Both the position numbers and the translations under genes were made by a program. This document shows positions 25,360 to 38,360 of a stretch of 64,000 nucleotides of DNA, one piece after another; position 1 is the first letter of the stretch; the number at the start of each line of letters is the position of its first letter. The notes beneath the pieces are model-generated. The model was not told where the DNA came from and searched no databases. It saw only the letters and a list, made by a program, of their open reading frames with translations. This DNA is from Octopus sinensis. Its lineage: Eukaryota. Location of the stretch: positions 79,484,001 to 79,548,000 of the forward strand of contig NC_043001.1 of NCBI RefSeq assembly GCF_006345805.1, given 5' to 3'.

Positions 25360-25545
25360 TACATATCACCGGTGTTGATCTATTTACGTCTCGGTAATTT
25401 AGCGTTTCGCCAAAAAAGAGCGAAAGAATAACTACCGGGCTTCAAAAAACATAAGTCCTAGTGTCCATTTGTTCGACCAAAAAACCCCTGAAAGCGCTGC
25501 CCCAGCTTTGCCACAGTGGCATTACTGAAACAAGTAAAAGATAAA
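25150..25545 (+). mobile_element. Dominant-family SINE with internal (CT)n(TA)n
   Basis: Head gctgtgggtgtgtggtaagaagtttg; tail gcgctgccccagctttgccacagtggcattactgaaacaagtaaaagataaaa. Confidence 0.7.
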
Positions 25546-25764
25546 AATTAAAATATCTACCCTTAAATATCACTTCATTTGCTGTTAATTGTTCAATTAC
25601 CATTATTTCATTTTGAATACATTGTAAATAAAGTTATTACTCTGTGGAAGATAGATGTTCGCTAGCAATTAAGGTTCAGTGGACCAGTATCTGTGACAAA
25701 GTCGCACTTGGTCCGACGAAAATTGTTACACCAAATAATAAATACTTAAGTGAATTTAACATTG

Positions 25765-25900
25765 ACGCAGGTGTGGCTGCGTAGTAAGAAATTTGCTTCT
25801 CAACCATATGTCACTGGGTTCAGTGTCACTGCATGGCGATTTGGGCAAGTGCCATATTCTATACACCCCAAGCCGTGCAAAGCTCTCTGAAATAAGACAG
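25765..25900 (+). mobile_element. Dominant-family SINE head
   Basis: gcaggtgtggctgcgtagtaagaaatttgcttctcaaccatatg...gggttcagtgtcactgcatggc...gggcaagtg. Confidence 0.65.
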
Positions 25901-25946
25901 CCTCATATATATATATATATATATACATGCAAATATGTCTATAACA

Positions 25947-25982
<36 letters not shown>

Positions 25983-26004
25983 ATCTGTGTGTGTGTAACA
26001 TATT

Positions 26005-26140
26005 CCTCTATCAGAACCGCAGACTTAGTAAGCGGGCCTTCAGATTTTCTAAACCCTGTAAAAAGAACTCAGAAGCTTGGGCCTCCAGCCAGGTTTTTGG
26101 CGATGCCTTTAAATAAAAAAACTTCTCAACCCCCACCTCG
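26005..26140 (-). mobile_element. Mariner-derived miniature element, same family as 11832-12052
   Basis: Reverse complement cacgaggtgggggttgagaagt...gaggcccaagcttctgagttctttttacagggtttagaaaatctgaagg. Confidence 0.7.
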
Positions 26141-26212
26141 TGCATGTATATGTGCGTATATATATATACATATATATATATTATATATATATATATATAA
26201 TATATATATATA

Positions 26213-26880
26213 ATTATAATTAGGGTCAGCTAATTGCTTCACTACATACCGAATTTAGAAATAGTTAAAAATTCTTTTTCTACTACCGTAAGTATCATAT
26301 ACAAATATAAATATAATGATAATAAAATAAAAATATGGCATATCAAAAGACGAATAAAATTCCGGCGAATTGTACATAGAATATAATACATATACAAGCT
26401 TACAAAAATATAAGTTATACAGAAGTCCATCTACGGGCCGTTTCGGGGATGTGCCAATTAACATTAGACATATCAGTACTTAAAATAGTACTTAAAATTG
26501 GCACTCCCCTCATCAGGATGTCCTATACAACACATATAAAACATGAACAAATACACAAATACACAATCACATACCAGCCATTCTCAGAACACGGCATTTA
26601 CGTACTCCCAGAAAATTTTTTTCGTCAATCCTGAATGGAACTTTAAATGCATACAATTCGATCCAGCCGCCATAGTAAATTGTATGCACACAACGCCATC
26701 TGGGCCATTTCACTTCAGCACTTTATTTTATTTTATTTTATTTCAATTTTATAAATTCTCCCATACATGCAAAGCCTCCCCTTGGACAAAAAAGTGTATA
26801 CAGCTCATTGGAGCACTACTATTTCCAGTCCGAGCGTTGTTGTCACTCAAGATATAACTTTATATTTTGTAATTAATATG
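26213..26880 (-). mobile_element. Putative PLE terminal region containing a hammerhead ribozyme
   Basis: Terminal gtagtgaagcaattagctgaccctaattataat shared with 22125-22170; hammerhead inside; right boundary uncertain. Confidence 0.55.
26425..26523 (-). ncRNA. Type I hammerhead ribozyme with extended helix II
   Basis: ggaCAUC-CUGAUGA-GGGGAGUGCCAAUU[loop]AAUUGGCACAUCCCC-GAAA-CGGCCCGUA^GAUGgac; all core nucleotides present; predicted cleavage between 26432 and 26431. Confidence 0.8.
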
Positions 26881-26881
26881 T

Positions 26882-26915
<34 letters not shown>

Positions 26916-27006
26916 TCATATATATGTATATATACATATCTATATAGGTATATATATACATATATACTGTATTTTGAAATAATAGCATGAAATTCAATGT
27001 CAAATT

Positions 27007-27182
27007 TGTCATGGAATACCAAGATGAATTTAACAAGTATATATATACAAACTCGAGATTTTCTTACCAAGGTCTATCTACATATATGAAAACCTGTCAT
27101 GGATTACTGAGATGAACTTACCAAGGATATATATACAAACTTTTAATTTTACTACCAAAATCGACCTACATAAATCTAAACC
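27007..27182. repeat. Two-copy diverged tandem repeat, 88-bp unit
   Basis: tgtcatggaataccaagatgaa...aaaacc and tgtcatggattactgagatgaa...ctaaacc. Confidence 0.7.
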
Positions 27183-27654
27183 ATTAAATGTTATTCTACT
27201 TCTCAAAAATTCTTTCTCATATTTTTTCTAATTTTAAAACAACATTCGATATATTATAAAAACTTTAACTTCTCCATCTCTGACGTGCGGAAGTATTGTC
27301 TATCAATGTGTATCAACACTGGATTCCATTATAATGTCAATAGTTTCCCGAAACGATTGTAAGATGCATTAATTAACAACTTTTTAAACTGTCATGTTTC
27401 ATATATTTACATATATTTTTAATAGAAAAAAAATTTGAGACATATATATTTTCGTGAGGAATTGTTTTTATATTGAATTTGATGCTTTTATTTAAAAATA
27501 CAGTATATATAATCGCTCGTATTAATGTCTAAATACTTTATAGTATTAATACTTTTGATATTTTATAAAAACAGCACTCATAAATTCAGTGTATAATATT
27601 GTAACAGAATATTTTTAATTAATGATATATATATATATATATATATACATATGT

Positions 27655-27900
27655 ATGGTAAAATCGTTTTTATTTAGTACCTAGTAGTTATGTTGTTATT
27701 TTCATTGAAATCGGTTGAGTTTTAACGGGGATGTTTGCCCCCATTTAAGCCCCCTAATCGGAATGGAAAATAAATTTTATGTAGCTTATTGTCTTTCTCG
27801 TAAAATTTTACATGACACTATATACTTTGTTTTTATGCATCTTCTATTCCCTTTCGTCCTATAGATGTACAGTCACACAGGCATACAGACGTTCAGCTTA
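27655..27900 (+). mobile_element. Possible Helitron/HINE-like non-autonomous fragment
   Basis: ttttcattgaaatcggttgag and acaggcatacagacgttcagctt resemble the 3' part of 47263-47650. Confidence 0.35.
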
Positions 27901-27929
27901 ATCATACAGATATGTTGTCGTATGTGTGT

Positions 27930-28120
27930 TTGATCCCAAGCACCGCTTGGAATCTGATGTTGGTTTAATTATATCCCCGTAAGTTAACTCTTCGGCACAA
28001 GAGACCGATAGAATATGCAACGAACTTAAAAGTACCGGGGATGATGTTTGCTCAACCCAACCCTTCAAGGCGGTACCCCAACCTGGCCGCAATACAATGA
28101 CCGAAACAAGCGAAACAAGT
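27930..28120 (+). mobile_element. Dominant-family SINE 3' half
   Basis: gagaccgatagaat...aaggcggtaccccaacctggccgcaatacaatgaccgaaacaag. Confidence 0.65.
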
Positions 28121-29464
28121 GCTTTTCAATGATTAGTGACTGTTTTCATTTCAACACTTCGTTTTAGATCAAATCACTGGACAAGCAAGTACATCTCAGA
28201 GATGGTAAATATTAGTAAAGAAAAGTATTCTTCCTTATGACCATTATTGCGTTATTATGTTTGATGCTTGTGTCTAGAAACCATATAAAATTATAACTTC
28301 AAACTGCGTCTTGCATTGTCCTTTACTATGATGTTTATTATTATTAATATAACAATTTTCTTTTTCTTTTTTTCCTTTCTGAAAATTGGTTAGCAAAAAT
28401 TTAACTGCTTATATATATTATCGTTGGAAATTTCGTGCGCATCTCAAGAAACTGTTTTAATTTACAAATCCAAATTAAATTTAATCGCTTATCATTTCAT
28501 TCATTTATACGTAAGAAAAAATATTAAAAGTCGGACACATCGTGGTTTGAGTATATGTGGCATCTTCATTTTTTTCTAAAGGTAGAATTTTCAATAGCTT
28601 TTAATCTTGATAAGCGGGTTTTCTAATTAAATAAATGTAATCTTTCTATAACAAAAATCAATTTAAAAAAAGTTACGTCATTATTTTTCGTAGAATTTAT
28701 TTTTCTTGTTCTTACAGCACTTTTTATTTATACAGTCTACTTAATACAGTCTTTGTACATATTTTACACAGTTGAATTTTTTAATGAAATAACTAAATTG
28801 ATTTTACCGTAAACTGATGAAAATTCTCAATTTCCTCAAACTATAAATTATAACGCAACGAACATTTCTTTTACGAAATGGAAATTACATCAGTGGAATA
28901 TAGAGCATTCTACTATTAAGTGAATGGGAGAAAACTTTAAGTAGTCGCATCACTTCTAGACATATTAGTAAAATCTGCCTCAAAGCTCACTCTGTTGTTT
29001 TAAAATAAGATGGACACTTTGTATAACTTGTCCTAGATAATAGATTAAACATCTCTTATAACCACATAAACACAAGAATGTTTTCAAAATGGCAATGAAC
29101 TGCACGTGTGAAAGTGGTTCTTGATCATGATATATTACAGCTACAGAAAGTGTGTTAGAAACAGAAGGCCAATTCTGAAGTTGTGCAGAAAAATGTGGCA
29201 TAGTTCCTTCTGTTTAAATCTTTGCTTTAAAGCAATTCTATATAGAATGTTTAACAATGAAGAGGAGATATGATTAGAGAAATGTCTAAACATGCAAGTG
29301 CTTTATGTTATTTAGCAAAGTAGAGTTTAAGGATATCCACTGGCCATTGTGGTATTTATATTAGTTTGCATTTATATGAATGCAATGGAAACACTTAATA
29401 AAATGGATGCTTGCTGGTATGTTGTCGGACGAGAATAACAGCAGTCATCGAACTTGCCATGCAT

Positions 29465-29605
29465 GTTTTTAGAACCTAGTACTTATTCTATTGATATTTT
29501 TTAATGAAAACCTGACTTACGTGATCGTTGACAAAGCAACACTGGATGTCAAGGGTGGAGGAAAGAAGACAAACACAGACACAACACGCACAGACACACA
29601 CAAAA

Positions 29606-29643
<38 letters not shown>

Positions 29644-29790
29644 TACGTCGTGTTTCCACACTTTCGGTTTACCAAATTCATTCACAAGGCATTGTACCGC
29701 CCGCGGTCATTACCCAAGATGCCGCCCAAGCAAACTAAACTCGAAACACATGATTGCAAGGCCAGGTTCGTAACCACACAGCTGTGCCCT
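29465..29790 (-). mobile_element. Dominant-family SINE with internal (CA)n
   Basis: cctagtacttattctattg...gacaaacacagacac...ccaaattcattcacaaggc...gtaaccacacagctgtgcc. Confidence 0.7.
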
Positions 29791-30297
29791 ACATATTACT
29801 ACAGACGAGAAAGCTGTCCAGTTTTTTTATAACCAAATTTTAAGGTATTTCCAGATTGGTTCAATAAATTTACTACCATGGCATGCAGGGGTTAGTTCAT
29901 GGTACAGAATAAAATCAAAAGGAGATCTAAAACTCATATCTATGTTTAAATATATATTCAAAATATATTAACTAGAATATTAGACAAATGTGTTACAAAT
30001 AAGACTTACGATGATACTACAAGCACAACTACTACTACTGCTGCTCCAGCAACCGATACTAATAATACTACTGCCAACAACACAACCACTGCCTTGAACA
30101 CCAACAAACAACAACAATAATAATAATCTTTTCTACTAATGGCGCAGGGCCTGACATTTTCGGGGAGGGGACTGATCGTGTACTAACTATAAATACATTC
30201 TATACACAATATACATTACGTGTGTGTGTATATATATACACTCTTTGTATTTGTATTCACGTGATCTCTTTTCATCGCTTGTTGGTGTCTATTTTAT

Positions 30298-30377
<80 letters not shown>

Positions 30378-30379
30378 TT

Positions 30380-30655
30380 GGATGAAAGGCAAAGTCGATC
30401 TCGGCGGAATTTGAACTCAGAATGTAACAAGAATAAATGCTGCTAAACATTTTATCCGACACGGCAATTAATAATAATAATCATAATAATCCTTTCGACT
30501 GTAGGCACAAGGTCTGAAATTTTGGGGGAGGGGACTAGGCTATTAAATCGACACCAGTGTTTCCCTGGTACTTAATTTATCGAGCCAAAGTGTTAAAAGG
30601 CAAAGTCGACCTCGGCGGAATTTGAACAAAGAACGTAGCGACGAGCGAAAAAGGA
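30380..30655 (-). mobile_element. Two adjacent OR2-like SINE pieces
   Basis: Repeated gaaaggcaaagtcga(t/c)ctcggcggaatttgaac motif at ~30385 and ~30597. Confidence 0.8.
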
Positions 30656-31709
30656 CAATAATAATGACGAAGGTGATGATTCTCCTTTCAGTACATGGCC
30701 AACAAATTTGAGGGATGTGGGCAAATCGTTTACATTGCTCTCAGTACTTGAATAGTATATATATATGTTATCGACACCGAAAGAATGAATTACAACACTA
30801 ACATCAGCAATATTTGAACTTGGAACGTGACGAGCTGGAATAAATACCGTAACGAGAGTAGCACTACTGGTTGTGGCTAGGGAAAGTAACCTATCTTTGG
30901 TGACTGTCGATGCTGCGGACCTTTCTAACATTTTTCAATCATTCTGGAATCCGTCACAGGTGACGTATCATAGTGTTGGGTTAGCAAAATCTAATGTTTG
31001 TTATTATTACTGGTTCTGTCACTGTCAGCCTCTCTCTCTCATTCTCTCTTTTCACTCTCTCAATTTCTCCCTCTCTTTCTTTCTCTTCCAGTCCGACACC
31101 TGTTGTCTGACTTTTTCTCTACCCCATATCTCCTACTATTTTCCTCTCTGTCTCTCCAGGTCTTTCTCTGTCTCCTTATATTTGTTTCATTAGTTTCTCA
31201 TGGTATAAATTCCTCAAGTGTATTCTTATTATCACTTCTATAATAGCCGACCTTTCTATAGCCAACCCTAGACTCATTGCCTTACTTCCTACTCGAGGAC
31301 GTGGTGTAGCTCCTAATTTGTCAAGTGGTGTCCGTGTGAGAGAATCATTAAGACTTGTAATTCAATACAGCCTTTTTCTTTGCCTAAACAAATGACTGTC
31401 GTAGCAGTGTTGGGTCAATGTCACCATGATTTCCCAAGTTTGTCAGTGTCGTTTAATTGCGATGATATGGAAGTATAATAGACGAACAAATTTTCATACT
31501 CCAAAGGGACGAAGCCCACACTTATACATGAATCCTTACCTGGAATATGTTGGCAAACCAACTAAAGATTCTTGTCCCACGCTCACCTTATTCTCTGAGG
31601 TTTGGCCATTTCGTAGAATTGTTTATTTTCTTCCCAAATCCACTCTGAATATTCCCATTTTATATTGCAACAGATACCGTAGAAAAAACCCTATGTTTGC
31701 GTATATATG

Positions 31710-31754
<45 letters not shown>

Positions 31755-32439
31755 GAATATTAATAGAGAGGAAATCAGGCATCATCAATGTGAGGAGCGC
31801 TCAGATGGATGGGAATCGGTTGGTAAAAGACATCCCACTGATTTATTTTGCACATCAAATGTATAGAAGTAATTTGTTTACATTCAGGTTTTTCTCCAAG
31901 GTAAGCTTTTTAGTAATTAAATATATATCTATGTATGTGACTGTCTATATGTTTATGCAGGTGCGGATACATCTACACACACGCACACACATATATACGC
32001 ACACGTATATATTCAATAAAAATTTTGTTCATTTTACGAGAAATCTTATTCTAATATTAATATATATTAACCCTTTCGTACGCTCTTAAAATTTTTATGG
32101 AATTTTACGAATTAATTTTAAAATCTGAGTACTCTATAAAGATATTTTACAACTCCATAAAGTTGTCACCAAAACGAGAAAAAATAAAACGTTCCGGTTC
32201 ATACTATATATTCTTGCATAATTTGAAATTATGTTAGCTCATATTCAGTTAGAGATATGCCTTTCATGAAGTTAACACGCCTTAGTGAACTTGCCTCTCC
32301 CGTGGTTACTAGAAACATACAAGTATGTCAAAAACGAATACATTAATGTTTGTTTATATATATTTTGATATGTACCATCATGCTTCTGTTTGGCTACGCT
32401 AAATAGATTTCCCTATGTCACACACACATGCACACAACC

Positions 32440-32960
<521 letters not shown>

Positions 32961-33559
32961 TTGCATGGTTGATTGTTCCCTCGGCTTGGAAATCTTTTGA
33001 AGTGTTTGTGTTCTTCAGAAATAATGCTAATTCTTTTATTTATTGAATTATTTATTTATTTGTTTATTCATTTATATTTTCTAATCCGAACACATTTATT
33101 CTCAGCAATGCCGATTTCTGAGTCAGGTAACTAACACTTGGAATGCTCCAATATTATAGTTGAAAGCGGAAACCCTCGAACGTTGCAAGAATTAAATTAA
33201 GCAAAACGCTTTTATTCTTTCTAAACGAAGAGACACGTTATATTGAATTTTGTACGAGATAAAATCTAATAATAATGATTTCTAAAACAGGAACAATGCC
33301 ATCATTCATAGACAGGTGTGTTGTCCTAGAAATATATCACTGTTCTTCACTGGTACTAAATTTATTGTTTAACCCACGATAGAAGAAATAAAGAACGTAG
33401 TGGTTCCCATAGGACTTGAAGTCCAAATATAATTTTAATAGTGGCGTATTTTCAAGAGGGTTATAATTTATATCACAAACATTGATTAATCATCGTAATT
33501 ATCTCGTTTTCATTTTTATCATTATCTTCATGAGATCCGGCAGGGTTGTATGCATACCT

Positions 33560-33900
33560 TACTATATATATACGCGTGTGTGTGTATGTGTGTGTGTGTG
33601 TGTGCGTGTGTGTGTATACATTTATATATATATATATTCATATATACACACACACATGCAAAGACACAAACACACATAAAACAAACATAAATACATGTGT
33701 ACATACACTCTCACACACATACATACATGCATACACACATGCATGCATACATACATGCATGCATACATACATGCATGCATACTTACATACATACGTACAT
33801 TCATACGTGCATACATACATACGTACGTACGTACATGATACATATATATGTATGCGCACACACAGTGCCCCACACACATGCGCACAAACAAAGAGAAAAA
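33560..33900. repeat. (TG)n/(CATA)n/(CATG)n mosaic
   Basis: Seen directly. Confidence 0.9.
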
Positions 33901-34190
33901 CGCATATCGAATAACGGGCAGAGTCAACGACCATCGAAAAGGTTGCAAAACAATGACAATTTTAGGAAAAATAAGTAAGTAAATGAGTGGAAACTTTATC
34001 GGTGAGTGTGTTAAATAATAAGGCACCAAAAGAGAATGACTCTTCTAAGACACTACAAAATATACTTCAACACACGAACTTACATAAAGAATCTGGCAAA
34101 CCAAATCCCAAAACAAAATATAAATATCTATATATATATATATAAATATATATATGCACATATATATACATATAAATATATATGCATGTG

Positions 34191-34296
<106 letters not shown>

Positions 34297-34819
34297 TATA
34301 TACATATATATATACCTGCTTGATTTTTCATACACCTGTCTTCGTTTTATGTTTTTCTGTAAATTTCAACTATACATACATACATAAATACATACATACA
34401 TACATATATTTGCATACACATTAGCGATTAGCTGAATCATCCATATATTTCTATTGAGTAGACATATATACTAATGGCGATCTAGTCCGGAAATTGGTAT
34501 GTTGTGCTGACCCGGCTGATGAGTGCATCGGTCTTAAAACCAAAACCGTCAATTGTCCAGGGGTAACTCGATTCTAGCCATCCCAGTGCTCAATTGGTGT
34601 TTTTGCTTATCATAAATATGATCTTCGCTACAGTCTCTGTAAATAAAAGGGGAGATGTATAGTGAAACTATACACGCTTCCGCGGTAAAAATGGTAAAAT
34701 CCAGCCATTATATATAGACCGGTTGCAGGTCGACAGAGAGGAGGTCAAAGAAAGTAATAGGTCGAGAGTACGTATAGACTCTCTTGATAGTCGTGTTTGT
34801 GTTTATATAGTAATTATAC

Positions 34820-35070
34820 TGTGATACTGTTTGTGCCTTCTCGAGCCATGTCTGGCTCATAAGGGCCGGTTTCCCGATGCAGGAGGAAAGAGTGAGAGAA
34901 AGTTGTGGCGAAAGAGTTAGCAGAATTTCGCCATAATCTTCTTCCGGATCCGCGTGAAGCTTAGGTGTTTTGCTCTTAAACACACACATCGCCCGGTCTA
35001 AGATTCGAACCCGCGATCTCTCGACCGCGACTCCGCTTCTCTAACCACTAGGCCATGTGCCTCCACACTG
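34820..35070 (-). mobile_element. tRNA-derived SINE, third family (homologous to 46873-47186)
   Basis: Reversed head gtggaggcacatggcctagtggttagagaagcggagtcgcggtcgagagatcgcgggttcgaatc. Confidence 0.8.
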
Positions 35071-35231
35071 TGATACTGAGTAGAGGTTATAACAATAGAA
35101 CCATTTGGGGATAATAACACTGTACGAATGGAGGTCGTACAGTGCCAGATAGAAATATTCTGTCGACGAATTCGAAATGTAATAATCTGTCAGACAGATA
35201 ACTATCGTCAAAAGACAGATACAGCAGTGGC

Positions 35232-35360
35232 AGACCGGGCGTTGTGCGTGTTTTTTGAGTGAAAACACCTAAAGTTCCACGAGGCTCCGGCAGTGGGGGT
35301 GGTGACCCCTGTTGTACTCTTTCGCCCCAACTTTCTCTCACTCTTTCTTCCTCTTTCTCG
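35232..35360 (+). mobile_element. Headless body of the third-family SINE
   Basis: agaccgggcgttgtgcgtg...aacacctaaagttccacgaggctccggcag...actttctctcactctttc. Confidence 0.65.
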
Positions 35361-35934
35361 TCCCCGACTTTCTATGCATCCGCTGAGCCTGGATGCGCAT
35401 TCATCCATCCGTCGATGCTCTCGGTGTCGGGGGTTGACCTACTTTCTCTCCTGCCGGTCTTACGAATAGCAAAGAAACACGTTTCGGACTCTCCACTCTT
35501 CCGAGCTCTTGGACAGCAGTGGCAAAAGACCGCTTTATAACAGTGGTAGGTCCAACAGTGATAAATAGAGTATCTTTAATCATAGGTTTCGTGAATCAAG
35601 ACTGACCTGAAGCCAGGTCTGAAAAACAAATTATGCACTCAAACTCTAACTTCTGAAGGTGGAAAAACACATCAAGTAATGCTCTTAATGCAGAAACGGT
35701 AGCAGAGAATGCATTTAATCATATATCTACCTCGTCTAGTGGTACTATGTATTCTTGATACCTGTTGATTAGTGATTTATCGTGACAGACGCAATCTACA
35801 AACCCGCGCGCGCGCACACACTCATACACACAAACGCACAAATAGAAATTCTCCGAGGTCAACATCACTTTTCATCGTCTCAAGGTCCATAGCATAAGTA
35901 CCAGTCAAGTACTAGAATCAAAGTAATCGATTAA

Positions 35935-36830
35935 ACCCCCTGCCTTCAAATTTCATTTTAGATGCTCATCAACCAGTTCAAAACCACATTCACGCACAGC
36001 AGCCATCGAAACCAAGGGCCTGTATGCTGGAGCATTATTCTGGGTGTTTTGTTTTCATAGCCTCAGCATTTTGGCGTAGTACTCTCTATTGATGGTGTGG
36101 TTGTTTTGAAGGTAACCCATAAACACAAAGTATTTTGCATCCCCGAAACTGATGCCATCAACTTCTCTGCAAAATGAAACGACCTTAGCCTTCATTTGAG
36201 CTTGTGAGGAGTAGATGCTTCCACTGCTTGGAAAGAGTCTTTATTTTCGATTCAGAGAGATGAGCCCAACAGTCCTTATGGATTAGGAAACGTTCAAGTA
36301 AACTAGGTGGATCTGCACTAAACATTCTTAGATTTTGCCGTGATGTGATGAGCCTGGTGTGCCTTTGATCATGTGTCAGAAGACGTGGCAATCACCGTGC
36401 AGAAACCATCGTCATGCAAATTTCATGATGAAGAATATTCTCAACTCAGCCACGGGATATGCTTCTAGCACTGAATATTTGATTTGTACTCAATAGCCTG
36501 TCATCAATAGCCGTGAGGAGAGCATGACCAAGGCATTCCACTGTGGTGGCACATGTAGGATATCGAGAACTTGAACCATCTTCGAAATTCTCCCTTCCAC
36601 TCCTAAAATCAGCTGCATGCTTTTGCACTGTTGATAAAGCCGGAGCAACATGACATCATGGATGTCCTTGAGGACAAAAGTCATTTTCTGTAGGCACTTG
36701 ATAAAACCAGGATGCCAAATTTGGTCCGTTTTGAAGAGAAATCGCTACACGTTGCATATGAAGTCTTCTTTAAACAGTCACAAGTCAGTTAAATTGGAAA
36801 GAAACAATGATGTTATTAAGAAGGAGGTTT
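35935..36830 (-). mobile_element. Degenerate mariner (DD34D-type) transposase remnant
   Basis: DFRSGRENFED...MVSAR*LPRLLTHDQRHTR...QWKH...DAKYFVFMGYLQNNHTINREYYA...NNAPAY; many lesions. Confidence 0.8.
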
Positions 36831-37844
36831 GAAATTAATGCATGCAATATATCACAGCTTTAGCGTCACTCCCTCATAGTCAGCCTATGAATTTTTCCTG
36901 CCGTCTTCGTATATATTCATATATATCGAAGCATCTAGACTTGTGAGAATGAGTTCTACTTTCTTTATGCACCCGTTGTTTTAAAGTTGCATTTTAGATA
37001 TCCTCTACTACTTTAGAAATTTCGTGAAGAAATTTCTAGAATAAATTTAAATTTTGTTCCATTTTATGTAATTAAATTTGCTTTTTCTTTTACAGCTGGA
37101 GTTACGAAACAGAGTTAATTGAGCAATTTTGTACCCACTTATTCTTTTTCTTGATACTGTTTATTTTACTTGCATTACTGAATGTCACTGCATTTGCATT
37201 TCTTCCAGGGGTACCTTGCATGTATGTTGTATGTATGTATGCATGTATGTATGCATGTATGTATGCATGTATGTATGCATGTATGTATGTATATGTATGT
37301 ATATATATATATATATATATACAAATATAAACATATATATAAATGTATATATATAAACGTGTGTCTGATTATGCGTACACACACAAACACACCCATATAT
37401 ATATATATATATATATATACACATTGATACCCACAAACACAAACACATATCCAATATACATGCATACGTATTCATTTATATAAGAGCATTTGAATGACTG
37501 TTTGTTTGTGCGCGCGCATGTGTGTACCTCCTTGCCTGCTAGCAAAGATCATATTCTTTCACTAAACGTGAACATTCAATTTCCTGCGAAATTAATTTCG
37601 TGAAATTAACTACCCAATTCTTCTTTGTGAGAGATGTTAGGGTTTTATGTTGTTCTCTCTAACAGAAAAAAATATACTCAAGAAATAGCTTCCATTTCTC
37701 TAAGTATTCTTTTTTCTTTTCGTGCGTTATTCAACACATCGCCATTTCAAAGTGTGCGTGCGCTATGATGTGAGTCAGCATGAATACATTGATATGAATG
37801 CATGTATGTGTTTAAGTATGTATGTATGTGTATGTATGTAACTT

Positions 37845-38360
37845 TTACCTTTTACTTGTTTCAGTCATCAGTCAGGAGCTATGCTGCGGCATCGCCTTCA
37901 CTTTTTATTCGAATGAATCGACCCCAGCACTTACCTTTAAAACGTTTTACTTATTCTATCGCTCTTTTGCCGAACCGCCAAGTTACGAGAAAGCAAACAG
38001 AACAACACCGGTTGTCTAGCCGTAGTACCCCTACACAGACACATCGTTGGCAATTTTTTCCTCCGTCTTCCTTTCCTTGGATCTTTCCTTTCCTTTTCAT
38101 ATGTTTCTGACGAAGAGCTCCGCTCGAACCATTAAATCCTCCTTCTTTCTTTCCTTTCCTGAGCGTCCAATAACACTCTATTTGTTCTACGTTCTCACGT
38201 TGTTGTGTTTTCTCTTTGTGTTTTCATGTTTGGATTAACTTTATATATATATATACACGACGGGATTCTTTCAGTTTCTGTTAACCAAATCCACTCACAA
38301 GGCTTTAGTCGCTCAAGGTGCCAAGAAATGAGACTCCCCAGAAGCATGTAATTGGGAAGC
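37845..38360 (-). mobile_element. Dominant-family SINE split by a PLE pLTR insertion
   Basis: Tail half 37845-38040; head half 38255-38360 (acgacgggattctttcagtttctgttaaccaaatccactcacaaggc). Confidence 0.75.
38045..38240 (+). mobile_element. PLE pLTR with degenerate hammerhead
   Basis: ctgacgaagagctccgctcgaaccatt (GAAAC mutated to GAACC); homologous to 57470-57662. Confidence 0.7.

Noticed and set aside
31530-31890. Several strong donor sites (CAG|gtaagg and AAG|gtgagc on minus; AAG|gtaagc on plus)
   Set aside because: Conflicting strands and frames, weak acceptors, no recognisable peptide
33915-34125. Probable dispersed repeat (possibly a PLE end)
   Set aside because: No second copy or diagnostic motif in the window, so it cannot be classified
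34515-34555. CTGATGAG...AAAACCGTC hammerhead-like string
   Set aside because: GAAA absent, seven extra nt before helix II, and no helix I
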